Shown: piece after piece, positions 36,712-50,180 of the stretch | How the letters are laid out: each line of letters starts with the position of its first letter | How positions within the stretch are numbered: position 1 is the first letter of the stretch | Assembly (NCBI RefSeq): GCF_963921235.1 | Contig: NC_086108.1 | Location: forward strand, 81,470,001-81,534,000 | Direction of reading: 5' to 3' | DNA: 64,000 nt | Source of the DNA: Mobula hypostoma | Lineage: Eukaryota | Program-made: the position numbers and the translations under genes | Notes under the pieces: generated by a model | The model's input: the letters and a program-made list of their open reading frames with translations, nothing else | The model's database searches: none | What the model was told of the DNA's origin: nothing

Positions 36712-37175
36712 GGATTCAAGTTCAAGTTCAGCTCAAGGTTTATTGTTATTCAATCATATATTCATTCACCATGTATATCGCCAAATGGAAGTTGATCTCC
36801 AGACCAAGGTGCACATCACAGAACATACCACGCACTGACAACACATGAAGTAATATCACCGCAAATAAATTAACAAATAATCAGGTGCATTTGTGACACA
36901 AGTTAAAAAGTAAACAGTATAACACAACTGTGCCAGGGAATTCGGTAGTCTCACGGCCTAGGGAGGAAGTATTTCCCATGCTAACAGTTTTTGTCATAAT
37001 GCTACGGTACCTCCTGCCTCATCGTAGGAGGCCAAAGAGATTGTTGGATGCATGGGAGGGATCATTGGCAACGCTAAGGTCTCCTGGTAAATATCACAAG
37101 TGGGTAGAAGAGAGTCTCTGATGATCCTCTCAGCAGTCCTCACAATCCTTATCGGGTCCTGTGGTCAAATGCCTT
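36712..37175 (-). mobile_element. Rex1/Babar 3' fragment, continued after the CR1 at ~38891
   Basis: (ttcaag)n tail and ggtacctcctgcctcatcgtagg, the reverse of LP.GRRY-type coding DNA. Confidence 0.65.
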
Positions 37176-38890
37176 GAATAACTATTTTGGTTCTGTCTTC
37201 ACTAAGGGGGACATAAATAATCTTCCGGAAATAGTAGGGGACAGAGGGTCCAGTGAGATGGAGGAACTGAGGGAAATACATGTTAGTAGGGAAGTGGTGT
37301 TAGGTAAATTGAAGGGATTAAAGGCGGATAAATCCCCAGGGCCAGATGGTCTGCATCCCAGAGTGCTTAAGGAAGTAGCCCAAGAAATAGTGGATGCATT
37401 AGTGATAATTTTTCAAAACTCTTTAGATTCTGGACTAGTTCCTGAGGATTGGAGGGTGGCTAATGTAACCTCACTTTTTAAAAAAGGAGGGATAGAGAAA
37501 CCAGGGAATTATAGACCGGTTAGCCTAACATCGGTGGTGGGGAAACTGCTAGAGTCAGTTATCAAAGATGTGATAACAGCACATTTGGAAAGCGGTGAAA
37601 TCATCGGACAAAGTCAGCATGGATTTGTGAAAGGAAAATCATGTCTGACGAATCTCATAGAATTTTTTGAGGATGTAACTAGTAGAGTGGATAGGGGAGA
37701 ACCAGTGGATGTGGTATATTTGAATTTTCAAAAGGCTTTTGACAAAGTCCCACACAGGAGATTAGTGTGCAAACTTAAAGCACACTGTATTGCGGGTATG
37801 GTATTGATGTGGATAGAGAATTGGTTGGCAGACAGGAAGCAAAGAGTGGGAATAAATGGGACCTTTTCAGAATGGCAGGCGGTGACTAGTGGGGTACCGC
37901 AAGGCTCAGTGCTGGGACCCCAGTTGTTTACAATATATATTAATGACTTGGATGAGGGAATTAAATGCAGCATCTCCAAGTTTGCAGATGACACGAAGCT
38001 GGGCGGTAGTGTTAGCTGTGAGGAGGATGCTAAGAGGATGCAGGGTGACTTGGATGGGTTGGGTGAGAGGGCAAATTCATGGCAGATGCAATTTAATGTG
38101 GATAAATATGAAGTTATCCACTTTGGTGGCAAAAACAGGAAAACAGATTATTATCTGAATGGTGGCCGATTAGGAAAAGGGGAGGTGCAACGAGGCCTGG
38201 GTGTCATTATACACCAGTCATTGAAAGTGGGCATGCAGGTACAGCAGGCGGTGAAAAAGGCGAATGGTATGCTGGCATTTATAGCAAGAGGATTCGAGTA
38301 CAGGAGCAGGGAGGTACTAATGCAGTTGTACAAGGCCTTGGTGAGACCACACCTGGAGTATTGTGTGCAGTTTTGGTCCCCTAATCTGAGGAAAGACATC
38401 CTTGCCATAGAGGGAGTACAAAGAAGGTTCACCAGATTGATTCCTGGGATGGCAGGACTTTCATATGATGAAAGACTGGATGAACTAGGCTTATACTCGT
38501 TGGAATTTAGAAGATTGAGGGGGGATCTGATTGAAACGTATAAAATCCTAAAGGGATTGAACAGGCTAGATGCAGGAAGATTGTTCCCGATGTTGGGGAA
38601 GTCCAGAATGAGGGGTCACAGTTTGAGGATAAATGGGAAGCCTTTTAGAACCGAGATTAGGAAAAACTTCTTCACACAGAGAGTGGTGACAGTTGAGGCC
38701 AGTTCATTGGCTATATTTAAGAGGGAGTTAGATATGGCCCTTGTGGCTAAAGGGATCAGGGGGTATGGAGGGAAGGCTGGTACAGGGTTCTGAGTTGGAT
38801 GATCAGCCATGATCATACTGAATGGCGGTGCAGGCTCGAAGGGCTGAATGGCCTACTCCTGCACCTATTTTCTATGTTTCTATGTTTCTA
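37176..38890 (+). mobile_element. CR1 LINE, 5'-truncated, uninterrupted 539-aa RT frame
   Basis: KSPGPDGLHP, NYRPVSLTSVVGK, QKAFDKVPH, GVPQGSVLGP, KFADDTK; (TTTCTATG) tail; no endonuclease domain; small deletion near the C-terminus. Confidence 0.96.
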
Positions 38891-40049
38891 ATTTCCGTAC
38901 CAGATGGTGACATGCTAGCATGCTTCCAGTTCCCTGATTGACTTCCATGGATCAACCAAACATGAATGTGAACAAGCCATCTTCTGTTTTATTAGTTCAT
39001 AATGCAAATCCTTTTTCAAATGTATTTGCTATCACATTAACATGATGTTAATAACAAACAGGAATTATCTTGGATTCTTCGTGTTCTTTACTATTGTGTT
39101 TACTTCAACTCACCCAAACAATCCTCTTCTTTCAAAAAGCTTATTTAAAATAAAATTCATTAGAGTAATTGCCAAGAACAAGGCAAAGCTCATATTGTAC
39201 TCAGATCATTTGTCTCTCAAAATGCTTAAATTTCTAGAATTGCCATTATAGTTATCTACTTACAAAATTTCCAATTTTGTTATTATAGCTGCTTGCAAAA
39301 ATCAGAAATGGGTTCAGCTTTCACATATACACAGATCAGTTTCAGAGTATTACTCGGTGTCTCTGCTCATAGTTTTCCTAACAGGACTCTCACCAGTTTG
39401 CTGGCTGTATCTCCGCCTCCTTGGCAGCGTTCAGCACAAAGAACTGACAAAGCACCTTTGACGATGAGCTTGTTAGAAATCACCTGCTTCCCAGCCATTC
39501 TCCGAATGAAAGATGAGAAAACGTCAACTGCAGAAGAAGCAACTCTTTTTTAAAAGCAAAACTAGTTATCAAAAGTAGGTTTGCAGATTTAGTAATTCTA
39601 GCACACATGAGTCATGGTAAAAGAATATTGCTTCTTTAAAGTTAGTAATTAAAATTCCTCACCCAAATACTGTGTGATACATAATCTATTCCTTAGTATT
39701 TTAATACTTTTTAGTGACAAGCTTAGCTATTCATACAACAAATTAAACTGAAATTGAACTGTGCTTACTCTCATTCATGAGAGTAGCTGATTGATTGCAC
39801 TCTGTTCTATTGTAAACATGGTTGCCTAGAAATTCATTATTAGCTGCTATATAATAATGGTAGAGAATTATTCGTCCACCTCAGAGTACAAGATGTCATT
39901 GCTATTTTAGTGTTACTGATCAGGGATGAATTTCTAAGTAATAATTCTTAAACAGCACCTTCTTAACTTTAAGGGCATCATATTAGCATAAATGGAAAAC
40001 ATCCACTTACCCACCTTGTTCACATTGGATATTTTATTTAGATACATGA

Positions 40050-41092
40050 TTTGTGAGAGAAGCCGAAGAGTGGTAGCAGACAGTTGCCTCTCTGTCTGGA
40101 GGCCTGTGACTAGTGGTGTGCCGCAGGGATCGGTGCTGGGCTCTTAGTTTTTTGTCATCTGCACCAACGGTCGAGATGATAACGTGGATAACTGGATCAG
40201 CAAATTTTTGGATGACACCAAGAATCAGGGCACAGTGGACAGTGGGAAAGCTATCGTGACTTGCAGAGAGATCTGCATCAGCTGGAAAAATGGGCTGAAA
40301 AATGGCAGATGGAATTTAAAGCAGACAAGTGCGAGGTTTTGCACTTTGGTAGGACACTCAAGAGAGTTCTTACACAGTGAACGGTAGGGCACTGAGGAGT
40401 GTGGTAGAACAAAGGGATGTGGGAATACAGGTCCATAATTCTCAGGTAGATAGGGTCATAAAGAAAGCTTTTGGCACATTGGCCTTCATAAATCAATGTA
40501 TTGAGTACAGAAGATGGGATGTTATATTGAAGTTGTATAAGATGATGATGAGGCCTAATTTGGAGTATTGAGTGCGGTTTTGGTCACGTACCTACAGGAA
40601 AGATTTAGATAAGCTTGAAAGAGTACAGAGAAAATTTACAAGGATATTGCTGGGTCTAGAGGATCTGAATTATAAGGAAAGATTGAATAGGATAGGACTT
40701 TATTCCTTGGAATGCAGAAGACTGAGAAGAAATTTGATAGAAGTATACAAAATTATGAGGGGTATAGATAGAGCTTTTACCACTGAGGTTGGGAGGGACG
40801 ACAACCAGAGGTCATGGGTTAAGGGTGAAGGGTGAAAAGCTTAAGGGGAACATGAAGAAAACCTTCTTCCCTCAGAGGGTCCTGAAAGTGTGGAATAAGC
40901 TGCCAGCACAAGTGGTGCATACGAGTTCAATTTCAATGTTTAAGAGAAGTTTGGATAGGTACAAGGATAGTAGGGATATGGAGGGCTCTAGTCCTGGTGC
41001 AGGTTGTTGGGAGGAGGCAGTTCAAATAGTTTCGGCATGGACTAGATGGGCCAAAAGGCATGCTTCTGTGCTGTACTTCCATCGCTCTATGA
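40050..41092 (+). mobile_element. CR1 3' fragment
   Basis: GVPQGSVLG DNA, KFLDDTK, RPNLEY, SLECRRLRR. Confidence 0.9.
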
Positions 41093-41694
41093 TTTTAAAG
41101 TCTCACGATATCTTGTACTACCTCGATACGCCATGTAATGATGTGATATGCGTGAATAAAATACGAAGGCAAGTATTCATTTTACCTCAGCAAAAATAAA
41201 CCAATATAATGAACAATAATAATTCAAATTTGATTAAGAATTTCTGGCGACTCAACCAGACCTGAATATATGTGTCATGTTGAAAATAAAATTCTACTTA
41301 TTTCAGACCTGCTAGGGTGTTTTGACTTAATTTGATACCAATGTTTCTCACTGAGGAGAATATTAGGGAAGAGGTAGTAGCAAAATGACTTCTAGAATTG
41401 ATGTTGTTTATCTTTACATTTTGACATGTAAGAGTAAGAAGCTAACAAAATTCAACATTGATGTAAGGTTTTTAAAATGAACATCAAATCCATGAAAGTT
41501 AACAAAGATACTGAATATTTGAGAGGATAAGTTTTTGGCAGGTGGTAGTGCAATCGTCATTTCTAAACAATTATCTGTTATTACAATACAAATTATTTAA
41601 ACATTACAAATTCAGCAAAAGTAACTTGGGAGCTTGGTAATTGAATTATTTTCTTTGTTCCTAATTTATTTTCTTATTTTTAAATTATTTCCAG

Positions 41695-41787
41695 ATAGTA
41701 ATCTAATGATACAAATCCGAAAAGAACTGACCATCAACAGGAAGAGTTTCATTAACAGCACATTAAACTCAAAACGGGCTGCAACTG
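41695..41787 (+). other. Candidate 93-nt internal exon, gene unknown
   Basis: ctaat branch-like motif, long T-rich tract, ttccag acceptor; CTG/gtaaga donor; only the phase-1 frame is open (DSNLMIQIRKELTINRKSFINSTLNSKRAAT); no recognised homology. Confidence 0.35.
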
Positions 41788-42319
41788 GTAAGATTTTGAG
41801 ATTTGTGCGAATTGAATATGCCTAGTGTCAAGTGATCAGCCAACTCCATCTGGAAAAATGATCCATTCTGGCTTCCACAATATAAAGAGCTACAGTATTT
41901 ATTTGCCAATGTAAGCAGTGCACAGTGCGTTGGTGTAAATTACAGGAGCACTAAGTGGGCAGGCCTTAATAGTCAATGCAACCTCATCATGCCTCCCACC
42001 AAAAGGACCAACTGCATTCAAATCACCCTCAAACTTTACTGACTTCTATCTTTTATGGAGACCTTTTCCACAACACACACATCCAAGAAGTAGAGGAACG
42101 TTGCTAATGATTTAAAGTTACAGCTAATTTGATGGAATCTGGTTGAGTAAGACATTGAATATGGTCAGTACAATGGGTTCTCTCTATAATTATGGTTAGA
42201 CTGCATCGAACTGGGGTGGATTGACTTCCCCCTAAAATGTACTGTAGTTAATTCATGGATTCAAGTGGTTAACAATGTGCTAATTATTCAAAAATTTGAA
42301 AGGCTCTAAGAATAAATTA

Positions 42320-42882
42320 GGAGGCCTCACCTTGAGTACTGTGAACAGTTTTGGGCCCCTCATCTTAGAAAAGATGTGCTGGCATTGGAGAGGGTCCAGA
42401 GCAGGTTCACAAAGATGATTCCAGGAATGAAAGGGTTATCATACGAGGAACGTTTGATGGTTCTGGATCTGTACTCACTGGAATTCAGAAGGATGAGGGG
42501 GGGATCTCATTGAAATCTTTCAAATGTTGAAAGGCCTAGACAGAGTAGATGTGGAAAGGATGTTTCCTAGGACAAGAGGGCACAGCCTCAGGATAGAGGG
42601 GCGCCCTTTTAAAACAGAGATGCAGAGAAATTTCTTCAGCCAAAGGGTGATGAATTTGTGGAATTTGTTGCCAAGTGCAGCTGTGGAGCCTAGGTCGTTG
42701 GGTGTATTTAAGGCAGAGATTGATAGGTTCTTGATTGGACATGGCATAAAAGGTTACAGGGAGAAGACCAGGAACTGGGATTGAGGAGGAGAGAAAAAGA
42801 AAGGATCAGCCATGATTGAATGTCAGTGCAGACTTGATGGGCCAGACGGCCTAATTCCGATCCTATGTCTTATAGTCTTATG
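42320..42882 (+). mobile_element. CR1 3' fragment
   Basis: RPHLEYCEQFW DNA, RTRGHSLRIEG, FFSQRVMNLWNLLP, tail. Confidence 0.9.
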
Positions 42883-42884
42883 GA

Positions 42885-44310
42885 AATTATGGGCCAGTGA
42901 GTTAGATTTCAGTAATGGGTAAATTATTGGAAGGTATTCTAAGAGGCAGGATATATAAGTACGAGGAAGTCTGAGGACACTGGAAATCCAAAGCAACACC
43001 CAGAAAATGCTGGAGGAACTCAGCATGTCAGACAGCATCTATGGAAAAGAATAAACAGTCGATGTTTCAAGCCGAGACCCTTCTTCAGGAACGGAATGGA
43101 AGGGGGAAGGTGCATTCAGATAGACAGGGCCTGATTTGGGTTAGTCAAGATGGCTTTGTGCATGGTCAGTGGTGTCTTGCCAATCCTATAGAGTTTTTCG
43201 AGGAGACTACCAGGAAAATTGATGAAGGAGAAGTAATTGATGTTGTCTGCATGAACCTTAGCAAAGCCTTGGACAAAGTCCTACATGGGAGGCTGGTCAA
43301 GAATATTCAGTTGCTTGGCATTCAAGATGAAGTAATAAATTGAATTCAACATTGGCTTAACAAGGAGAAGCCAGAGAGTGGTAGTAGATGGTCGCGTCTC
43401 TGACTGGAGGCCTATGACCAGTGGTGTGCCACAGGAATTGGTGCTGGGTCCATTGTTGTTTGTCATCTATATGATAATCAATGATCTGGATGATAATGTG
43501 CGAAGAGGATCAGCAAATTTGTGGATGACACCCAGATAGGGGGCATAGTGAAAGGCTATCAAAGGTTGCAGCATAATCCGGACCAGCTGGAAAAATAGGG
43601 TGAAAACGGCAGATGGAATTTAATGCAGACAAGCGTGAGATGTTGCACTTTGGGAGGACAAACCAGTGTGGCACTGAGGAGTGTAATAAAAGAAGGAGTT
43701 CTGGGAATACAGATCTATAATTTCTTGAAGGTTGCATCACAGGTAAATAGGATAGTAAAGAGAGCTTTTGGCACACTGGTCTTCATAAATTGGAATATTG
43801 AGTACAGGAGTTGGGATGTTATCAAAGTATGTTGAAGTTATTTAAGACATTGCTGAGGACAAATCAAGAGTATTGTATGTAGCTCTGGTCATCTACCTAT
43901 GGGAAAGATATTAATAAAATTGAAAGGGTACAGAGAAAAGTTACAAAGATGTTGATGGGACTTGAGAACCTGAGTTACAGGGAAAAGTTGAATAGGTTAG
44001 AACTTTATTCCCTGGAGTGTAGGAGAATGAGGGGAGATTTGATAGAGGTATTCAAAATGATGAGGGGTATAGATAAGGTAAATGTGTGCAGGCTTTTTCC
44101 ACTGAGATTGGGTGAGACTAGAACTAGATGTCATAGGAGAAGAATGAAAGGTGAAATATTTAAGGGAAAATCTTTTCTCTCAGAGGTGGTGCAAGTTTAG
44201 AACAAACTACCAGGTGGTGGTAGATGTGGCGGATGCAGGTTGGATTGTAACATTTAAGAGAAACTTGGATAGGTACATGCGGGGGAGGGGTATGGAGGGC
44301 TGTAGTCCAT
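42885..44310 (+). mobile_element. CR1 RT fragment with Penelope-derived insert (~42965-43110, minus strand)
   Basis: SQDGFVHG, SKALDKV, LYSLECRRMRGDLIEV; insert contains reverse hammerhead-like cagtcgatgtttcaagccgagacccttcttcagga. Confidence 0.85.
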
Positions 44311-44867
44311 TGCGGGTCATTCAAAAACAATTCCAATGGCTACAAATCTATATCACAAAGGTATTAACCCAGCCACATGGATACAAATTTGGCTCATGGA
44401 TGCAAAACAGAATTGGGACTAACAGTTTCTTTTTCAACAGAAGAAGGTATAGCATGGGTTTGCATAAGGATAACTGCTGATTTTGTTAAGCGTTAATATG
44501 TTAGGCTTGAGACCAGTACATTCTCAAAATTTACACATGACACAATATTTGTCAACAGTGGGTAAGATTGTAACAAATGAGAATTTTGGGTTAGACAGAC
44601 ACAAAATGAAATTCAAAGCATAAAAGGGTATTATGTGCTTTAGTTTGAAACAAGGCAATGCAAACTAAATGGAATAGTTTTTTAAAAGATGCTGGTGCTG
44701 ACAAATAAGGCTTGAAATAAACCATGTGAGATTTTATAAATAGATAAAGTTCATTCCCAGTAGCATGTGCTTACCTTGTGATATAGTAGAATATGTGGAA
44801 TGAATTCCATGTCTGTAATTTGGTTCCATTGAAGTCAAAGAGATTAAACTTCAGAAGCTTACACAGT

Positions 44868-46085
44868 GAATGTCACAACTGGTGGAGCTGCTGACTCACA
44901 ACTTCAGCAACCCCAGTTCAATCCTGACCCCTGGTGCTGACTATTTGGAGTCTGCATGTTCTCCCTGTGACTGCATGGGATTCCACTGGATCTTCTGGTT
45001 TCCAAAGTTTCAAAATACATTTATTATCAAACTATGTACACAACATACAACCCTGAGGTTCATCTTCCCACAGTCAGCCATGCAACAATACAGCTCCATG
45101 GAAAGCACCAAACACCCAAAGCTCGAGAACAGAACAAACAATGCAAACAGCAAACGCAAGCAAATAACACAGAGTATTAAACATCAAACTGCGGAGTGCC
45201 TGAAACAGTGACAGCCACCAAGTCAGTTCAGTTTAGCACTGTGTCGATGACAACAGGTCACAGCCATAGAGAAAGTTCTACACCGAAGTGCCTCGATCAA
45301 ATCATGCAAACAGCAAAAAAGAGTGACCAGAAACACATAGAACATGAACTGCAGAGTCCTCCAAAAAACAAGTCCACAGCGGTAGAGTACACTCAGCACT
45401 GAGGATATTAGATATCAAACTGAAGATTCTCCCAAGGAAGAGTCCCACAGCCACGAGCTGCGATCGAACCTTGCAGTTTGGGGCCCAAGACTCCTGCACC
45501 TTGCTCGGGAGCAGCGAGAGGGAGATGGGACATACGCCGGTACACAGTGCTGAACACCCTCTCGCTGTCTGCTCTTGCCCTCATTGATTTCAATCTTGCT
45601 CAAAGCTTTAATCAGCAAGGAGTAATGGAGTTCACGTTCCACCATTAGGGAACATCTGACCACACACTTCACTCTCAACTTCGCCCAGTTCCCCAGGAAA
45701 CAGCAAAAGCACCAGATCGCACAGTCGGCCTAAAGTTGCCTCATCGGAAGAGAAACTACAGTCTGCAGTCAATCACAGCTCTGGAGAAGAAGCATAAAAG
45801 AAGAAGAAGAAGTAAATGTAATTTTGTGAGCCGTCTGCAGGATGTCACTACTGGTCTTGTCGGGCTCTCGAGCCACTTTGAGCTTCTCCCCTCACATTCT
45901 AAGGATGTCTAAACTGGTAGGTTAATTGGCTGCTAAAAATTACTTCTAACATGTTAGTAAGCAGTAGTAGTTAATGAAAATGTGGAGTGAATAAAAAGGG
46001 ATCAGTGTAGAATTAATGTAAGTAAGTGTTTGATAGCTGTCATGGACTCAACGGGCTAAAAGTCTTGTTTCTGTGCTGTGCAACT
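44868..46085 (+). mobile_element. V-SINE/HE1-like SINE split by a minus-strand non-autonomous element (~45004-45884)
   Basis: B-box-like agttcaatcc and V-domain ggagtctgcatgttctccctgtgac; resumes at ~45885; insert begins with the reverse of the Rex/Babar-type tail (atttattatcaaa...aaccctgag). Confidence 0.7.
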
Positions 46086-47087
46086 TTATAGCTTACCACA
46101 CATTCATGTCTTGTGGGAAAAGTTGAATTTTTGCCCAATGGAATAAAAAATAATTGGTTGTATTAAACTAAATAAGATACTGGCTTAGCTCCACCCAGAC
46201 AGTCGTATCCATTCTAAAAATAATATTTTAGGGAATAGCTTGAAAGTTTTAATAACAATAGAGTTTTACAGGATTAAAACTTTGAGAAGAAACTAGAAAA
46301 GCTTTTGTTGTTTTCCTTAAAAGAAGCAAAGCTAAAAAGAGGTTATAATCTTGTAGGTCCAGACAAAATAAAAGAAGGGAAATTATTAATTACCAAAATA
46401 TCAATAGTAGACTGCGTTGAATTACTGACTACTAATGCAATGTGTTTAAAAGTCACCTTTCTTTTTAGTGCTGTCTCTACATTGTAGTGATCTGTGTTTT
46501 TTTTCTCTATCATCTGAGGATAAATAGGAGCCAGTTTTTCATTCAGTATGTTGTTGCTCTTCCACAATACCATCAGTCCATCACAATAATTTACCAACAA
46601 ACTCCTCATGTGCAGATGTACCTTTGATCAGACTTGCATCTTAGAGCACAGCTAGAAGATGAAAGAGAAAAACTGAGTGATTGTAACTTAAATAAAAATG
46701 TAGCATATCAAATTGTATGACCAATAAAACAACTTTGCCAACTTTTCTGCTTATCTTCTCAAATTGTTTTTTCAAGGTGACTAACTTCATTAACATATTT
46801 TCTAGTCTTATCTCAGGTTGGAATTTATTGGTATTTTATCATATTGTGTTAACATTGTAAAAGCCTGGCTTGCTTGAGTTAGAAAAGAAAAGGATGTTGC
46901 AATAATATAACCACATTACTGAGCATATGTCAGAGAACACTTTGCCTTGGCAATCAAATGACCAAACAACATAAGCAATCTATTGGAGGGAAGTGACTTT
47001 CAATGCGTCTGTGAAGCAATGTCAATAGGTCTCAAAGTTATATGTCTATACACATTAAAAATTGCACTGCAGAAAAAAATTGGTTAA

Positions 47088-47245
47088 AACCATAAGACAT
47101 AGGAGCAGAATTAGGCCATTCAGCCCATCGAGTCTGCTCCGCCATTCCATCATGGCTGATCCCAGATCCCACTCAACCCCGGACACCTGCCTTCTCGCCA
47201 TGTCCTTTGATGCTTTGACTGATCAGGAATCGATCAACGGATTTA
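47088..47245 (-). mobile_element. CR1 3' tail
   Basis: accataagacataggagcagaattaggccattcagcccatcgag. Confidence 0.8.
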
Positions 47246-47579
47246 GGTATAGTTAAGACATTTAAATATTATTCCATAAGATAAAACCCTTGTTAAAGAG
47301 CAGGAATGACTTAGTAAAAGTACAGTATTTTAACAATAAAGAAAGCTAGGGATTCACCTGAAAGACAGAATGATGGATCTACTTTAGCAATCTACAGCAA
47401 AAGTAGGGCAGGGAAGAGTAAACGAAAACTCATTCTTTACAGTAGGGATGTGATGACAGAAATGGAAAGAGAAATTACACGTGCAAATCTCTGAAATTAT
47501 AACCGTTTAGGTAAACAGACTGTTAGTAAAGAAAGGCACTAGCTTTTTATAGTGCTTTTAACAGCATCATGGTGCTTAA

Positions 47580-47962
47580 AAACCAATTAAATACTTGTGA
47601 GGTGCTGCTACTATTGTAATGTAGCAACCTTGGCAGCAAATACAACTGCAGCAGATGTTCCACAAATGACAGTAACATAAAACAGATAATGATGCTGGTT
47701 GAGCAGTTAATATTAGCCAGGGCATCAGGAAAACGCTATTTTCTCTTCTTCAAACTTGTGCCAAAGGAACTTCCATGTCTACCCACGTTGGATGCAGCAG
47801 CCTCAGTTCCATGTCCCAAAAAAAGACCTCCTGCTGTAGACTGCCCCCTCACTATTGCACTAACTGTCGGCCAAGATCTGTGCTTAATTCGGCAAAGTAA
47901 GATTTGAATGCTGAACTTCTCTTCCTGGATGGTGGAGGTCCTGCCGTCAAACCCTAACTGAC
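47580..47962 (-). mobile_element. Ancient Deu-domain SINE (SacSINE1/AmnSINE1-like), degenerate
   Basis: Blocks ttgtaatgtagcaa, cagataat, tattagccagggca, ctcttcttcaaa, ccctcactattgcact follow the order of the reverse Deu domain as recalled; aligns loosely with 58325-58625. Confidence 0.6.
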
Positions 47963-48589
47963 CCTTAATTCTTCTTCTTATTTGCTTAATTTTTTAAAAT
48001 TTCTTACTGAGAAAAATTACTATTTTTCTTGGCTTCTTTAACTTCCATGCTCTAATCATCAACAGAAAGACAGAAAATTAAAGTATAAACCTATTTTGCT
48101 GTATTTCTTTTGATTTTGGTGATATTCTTGCTTATCAATGCTAATGATAATATTATGAGAGCTGCTTCAAAGGGCCGATGAAGGCAGCGTGAAATAAATA
48201 GAAAATGTTATGTGAATTTGGGCTCCTCCTCTGTAATTTCAACTGCATTTGTGTTCAGTTCTGACATCTCTGTGGGCTATCAATGTGAGAGAAATATAAG
48301 TATTATGTAAAGCATAAGACACAATGAGTCCAATGAAGCTACTATTAAGATATTGTTTTTCATCTCCAGAAACCCTAAAGGCAGCAGTTGCCACCTGGAG
48401 TGCTTAATGTCTTCATCTCATGCCCATTAAGCATTTTATATCTTACTGCTCTTGCAATCATATTAAAACTACCTCAAGCAATACAATACAGAGGTTAACT
48501 GCTTTTTTTTCTCTAGAAATTACTGTGAGGCCTGGAGGAGAAATTGAAATTATCTACAATTGGAAATCTATCTAATTATGATCGACAAT

Positions 48590-48880
48590 GAAAGGAGAAG
48601 GTTCAGAGCGTCAGCTGTTGTTGCTTTTCTCCCACTGCTCCAATAACTCGAGTTCAATCCAAACCTCCAGCATCTATGTGGAGTTTGCAGGTTCTCCCTG
48701 TGAATCAATGGATTTTCCACAGCTCTGCTTTCCTCCCAAGCTCCAAAGGCGTGATGATCCGTATGTTAATTCACCACTGTAAACCACCCCTGTTCCAGTG
48801 GTAGAATCACAGACCATCGATGGGATTCTGGGAAGAACTGGTTACAGAAAAATATTAGAGAAGAATGGCTTGCTCTATAA
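48590..48880 (+). mobile_element. V-SINE/HE1-like SINE
   Basis: gagttcaatcc B box and gtggagtttgcaggttctccctgtga V-domain. Confidence 0.7.
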
Positions 48881-48881
48881 G

Positions 48882-50180
48882 TTTGCCCATGGTATCACAG
48901 GAAAGATACTAGCATGGACAGAAGATTGGCTGACTGGCAGGAGGCAATAAGTGGGAATATAGGCGGCCTTTTCCGGTTGGCTGCCGGAGACTAGTGGTGT
49001 TCTGCAGGGGTGGTGTTGGGACTGCATCTTTTCACGTTATATATCAGTGATTTGGATAACAGAATTGATGGTTTTGTGAAAATAGAGGAGTAGGTAGTGT
49101 TGAAGAAATAAGGAGTCTGCAAAAAGATTAGGAGAATGGGCAAAGAAGTGTCAAATAGAATGCAGTGAAGAGAAGTATATGGCCATGCCCTTTAGAAGAA
49201 GGAACGAAAGCATAGACTATTGGCTAAACTAAGAGCAAATTCAGAAGTTGGAGGTGCAAAGGGACTTTGGAGTCCTAGTGCAGGATGCCCTAAAGGTTAA
49301 CTTGCAAGTTGAGTCAGTAGTAAAGAAGGCAATAGTAACGTTAGCATTCATTTCAAGAGGACTAGAATATAAAAAGCAAAGATGTAGCACTGGGGCTTAA
49401 TAAAGCATTAATAAAAAATGCACCTGGAGCATTGTAAGCAGTTTTGGGTCCTTATCTAAAGAAAGGATATGCTGGCATTGGAGAGTACAAAGAGGTTCAG
49501 GCGAATGATTCTGGGAATGAAAGGGTTAACCTATGAGAAGCTTTTAATGGCGTTGGGCCCGTATTCACAGGAGTTTAGAAGAATGAGGGAGGATCTCATT
49601 AAGGCTTATCAAGTATTGAAAGGCCGAGATGACGTGGACATGGAGAAGATGTTTCCAATTGTGAGGGAGTTTAGCACCAAAGCGCACAGTCTCAGAATAC
49701 GAGGACATCCTTTTAGAACAGAGGTAAGGAGGAATTTCTTTAGCCACAGAGTGGTGAATCTGTGGAAGGCATTGCCATAGATGGCTGTGGAAGCCAAGTC
49801 ATTGAGTATATTTAAAGCAGAGATTGTTCAGTTCTTGATGAGTAAGGGTTCAAAGATGAAGGCAGGAGGATGAGGTTAAGATGGACAATGGATCCAGAGC
49901 TGGAGTCCCTAAATCAGTCCTATGTTGAGTTCAATGTTGACTGGCAACTTCTGCAACACTGCTGGTAGAAACTGTATCGGTCTCTTTGAGTTCATCAGAT
50001 GAGTGGAGAGGAGGAGCTTGCTCTGCATATCGAACTGGCCAGGCTTGCATATCTAAACAGTTAGGACATAATATCCATGATCAGCTCTGACCCATGGAGG
50101 CCGTCAAATCAGCCATGAGTAAATGGCAGAGCAAACTCGATGGGCTGAATAGCCTAATTCTGCTCCTATATCTTATGGTC
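48882..50180 (+). mobile_element. Degenerate CR1 3' fragment with a ~215-nt RTE-related insert (~49889-50105) in its 3' UTR
   Basis: GMKGLTYE, FFSHRVVNLWKALP; insert shares ggagtcc(c)taa and caact(t/c)ctgca with the RTE leader at ~6840-6900. Confidence 0.8.

Noticed and set aside
37174..38793. 539-aa ORF as a host gene or active element
   Set aside because: It is a 5'-truncated CR1 RT with a TTG pseudo-start at the insertion junction, no endonuclease domain, and a CR1 tail.
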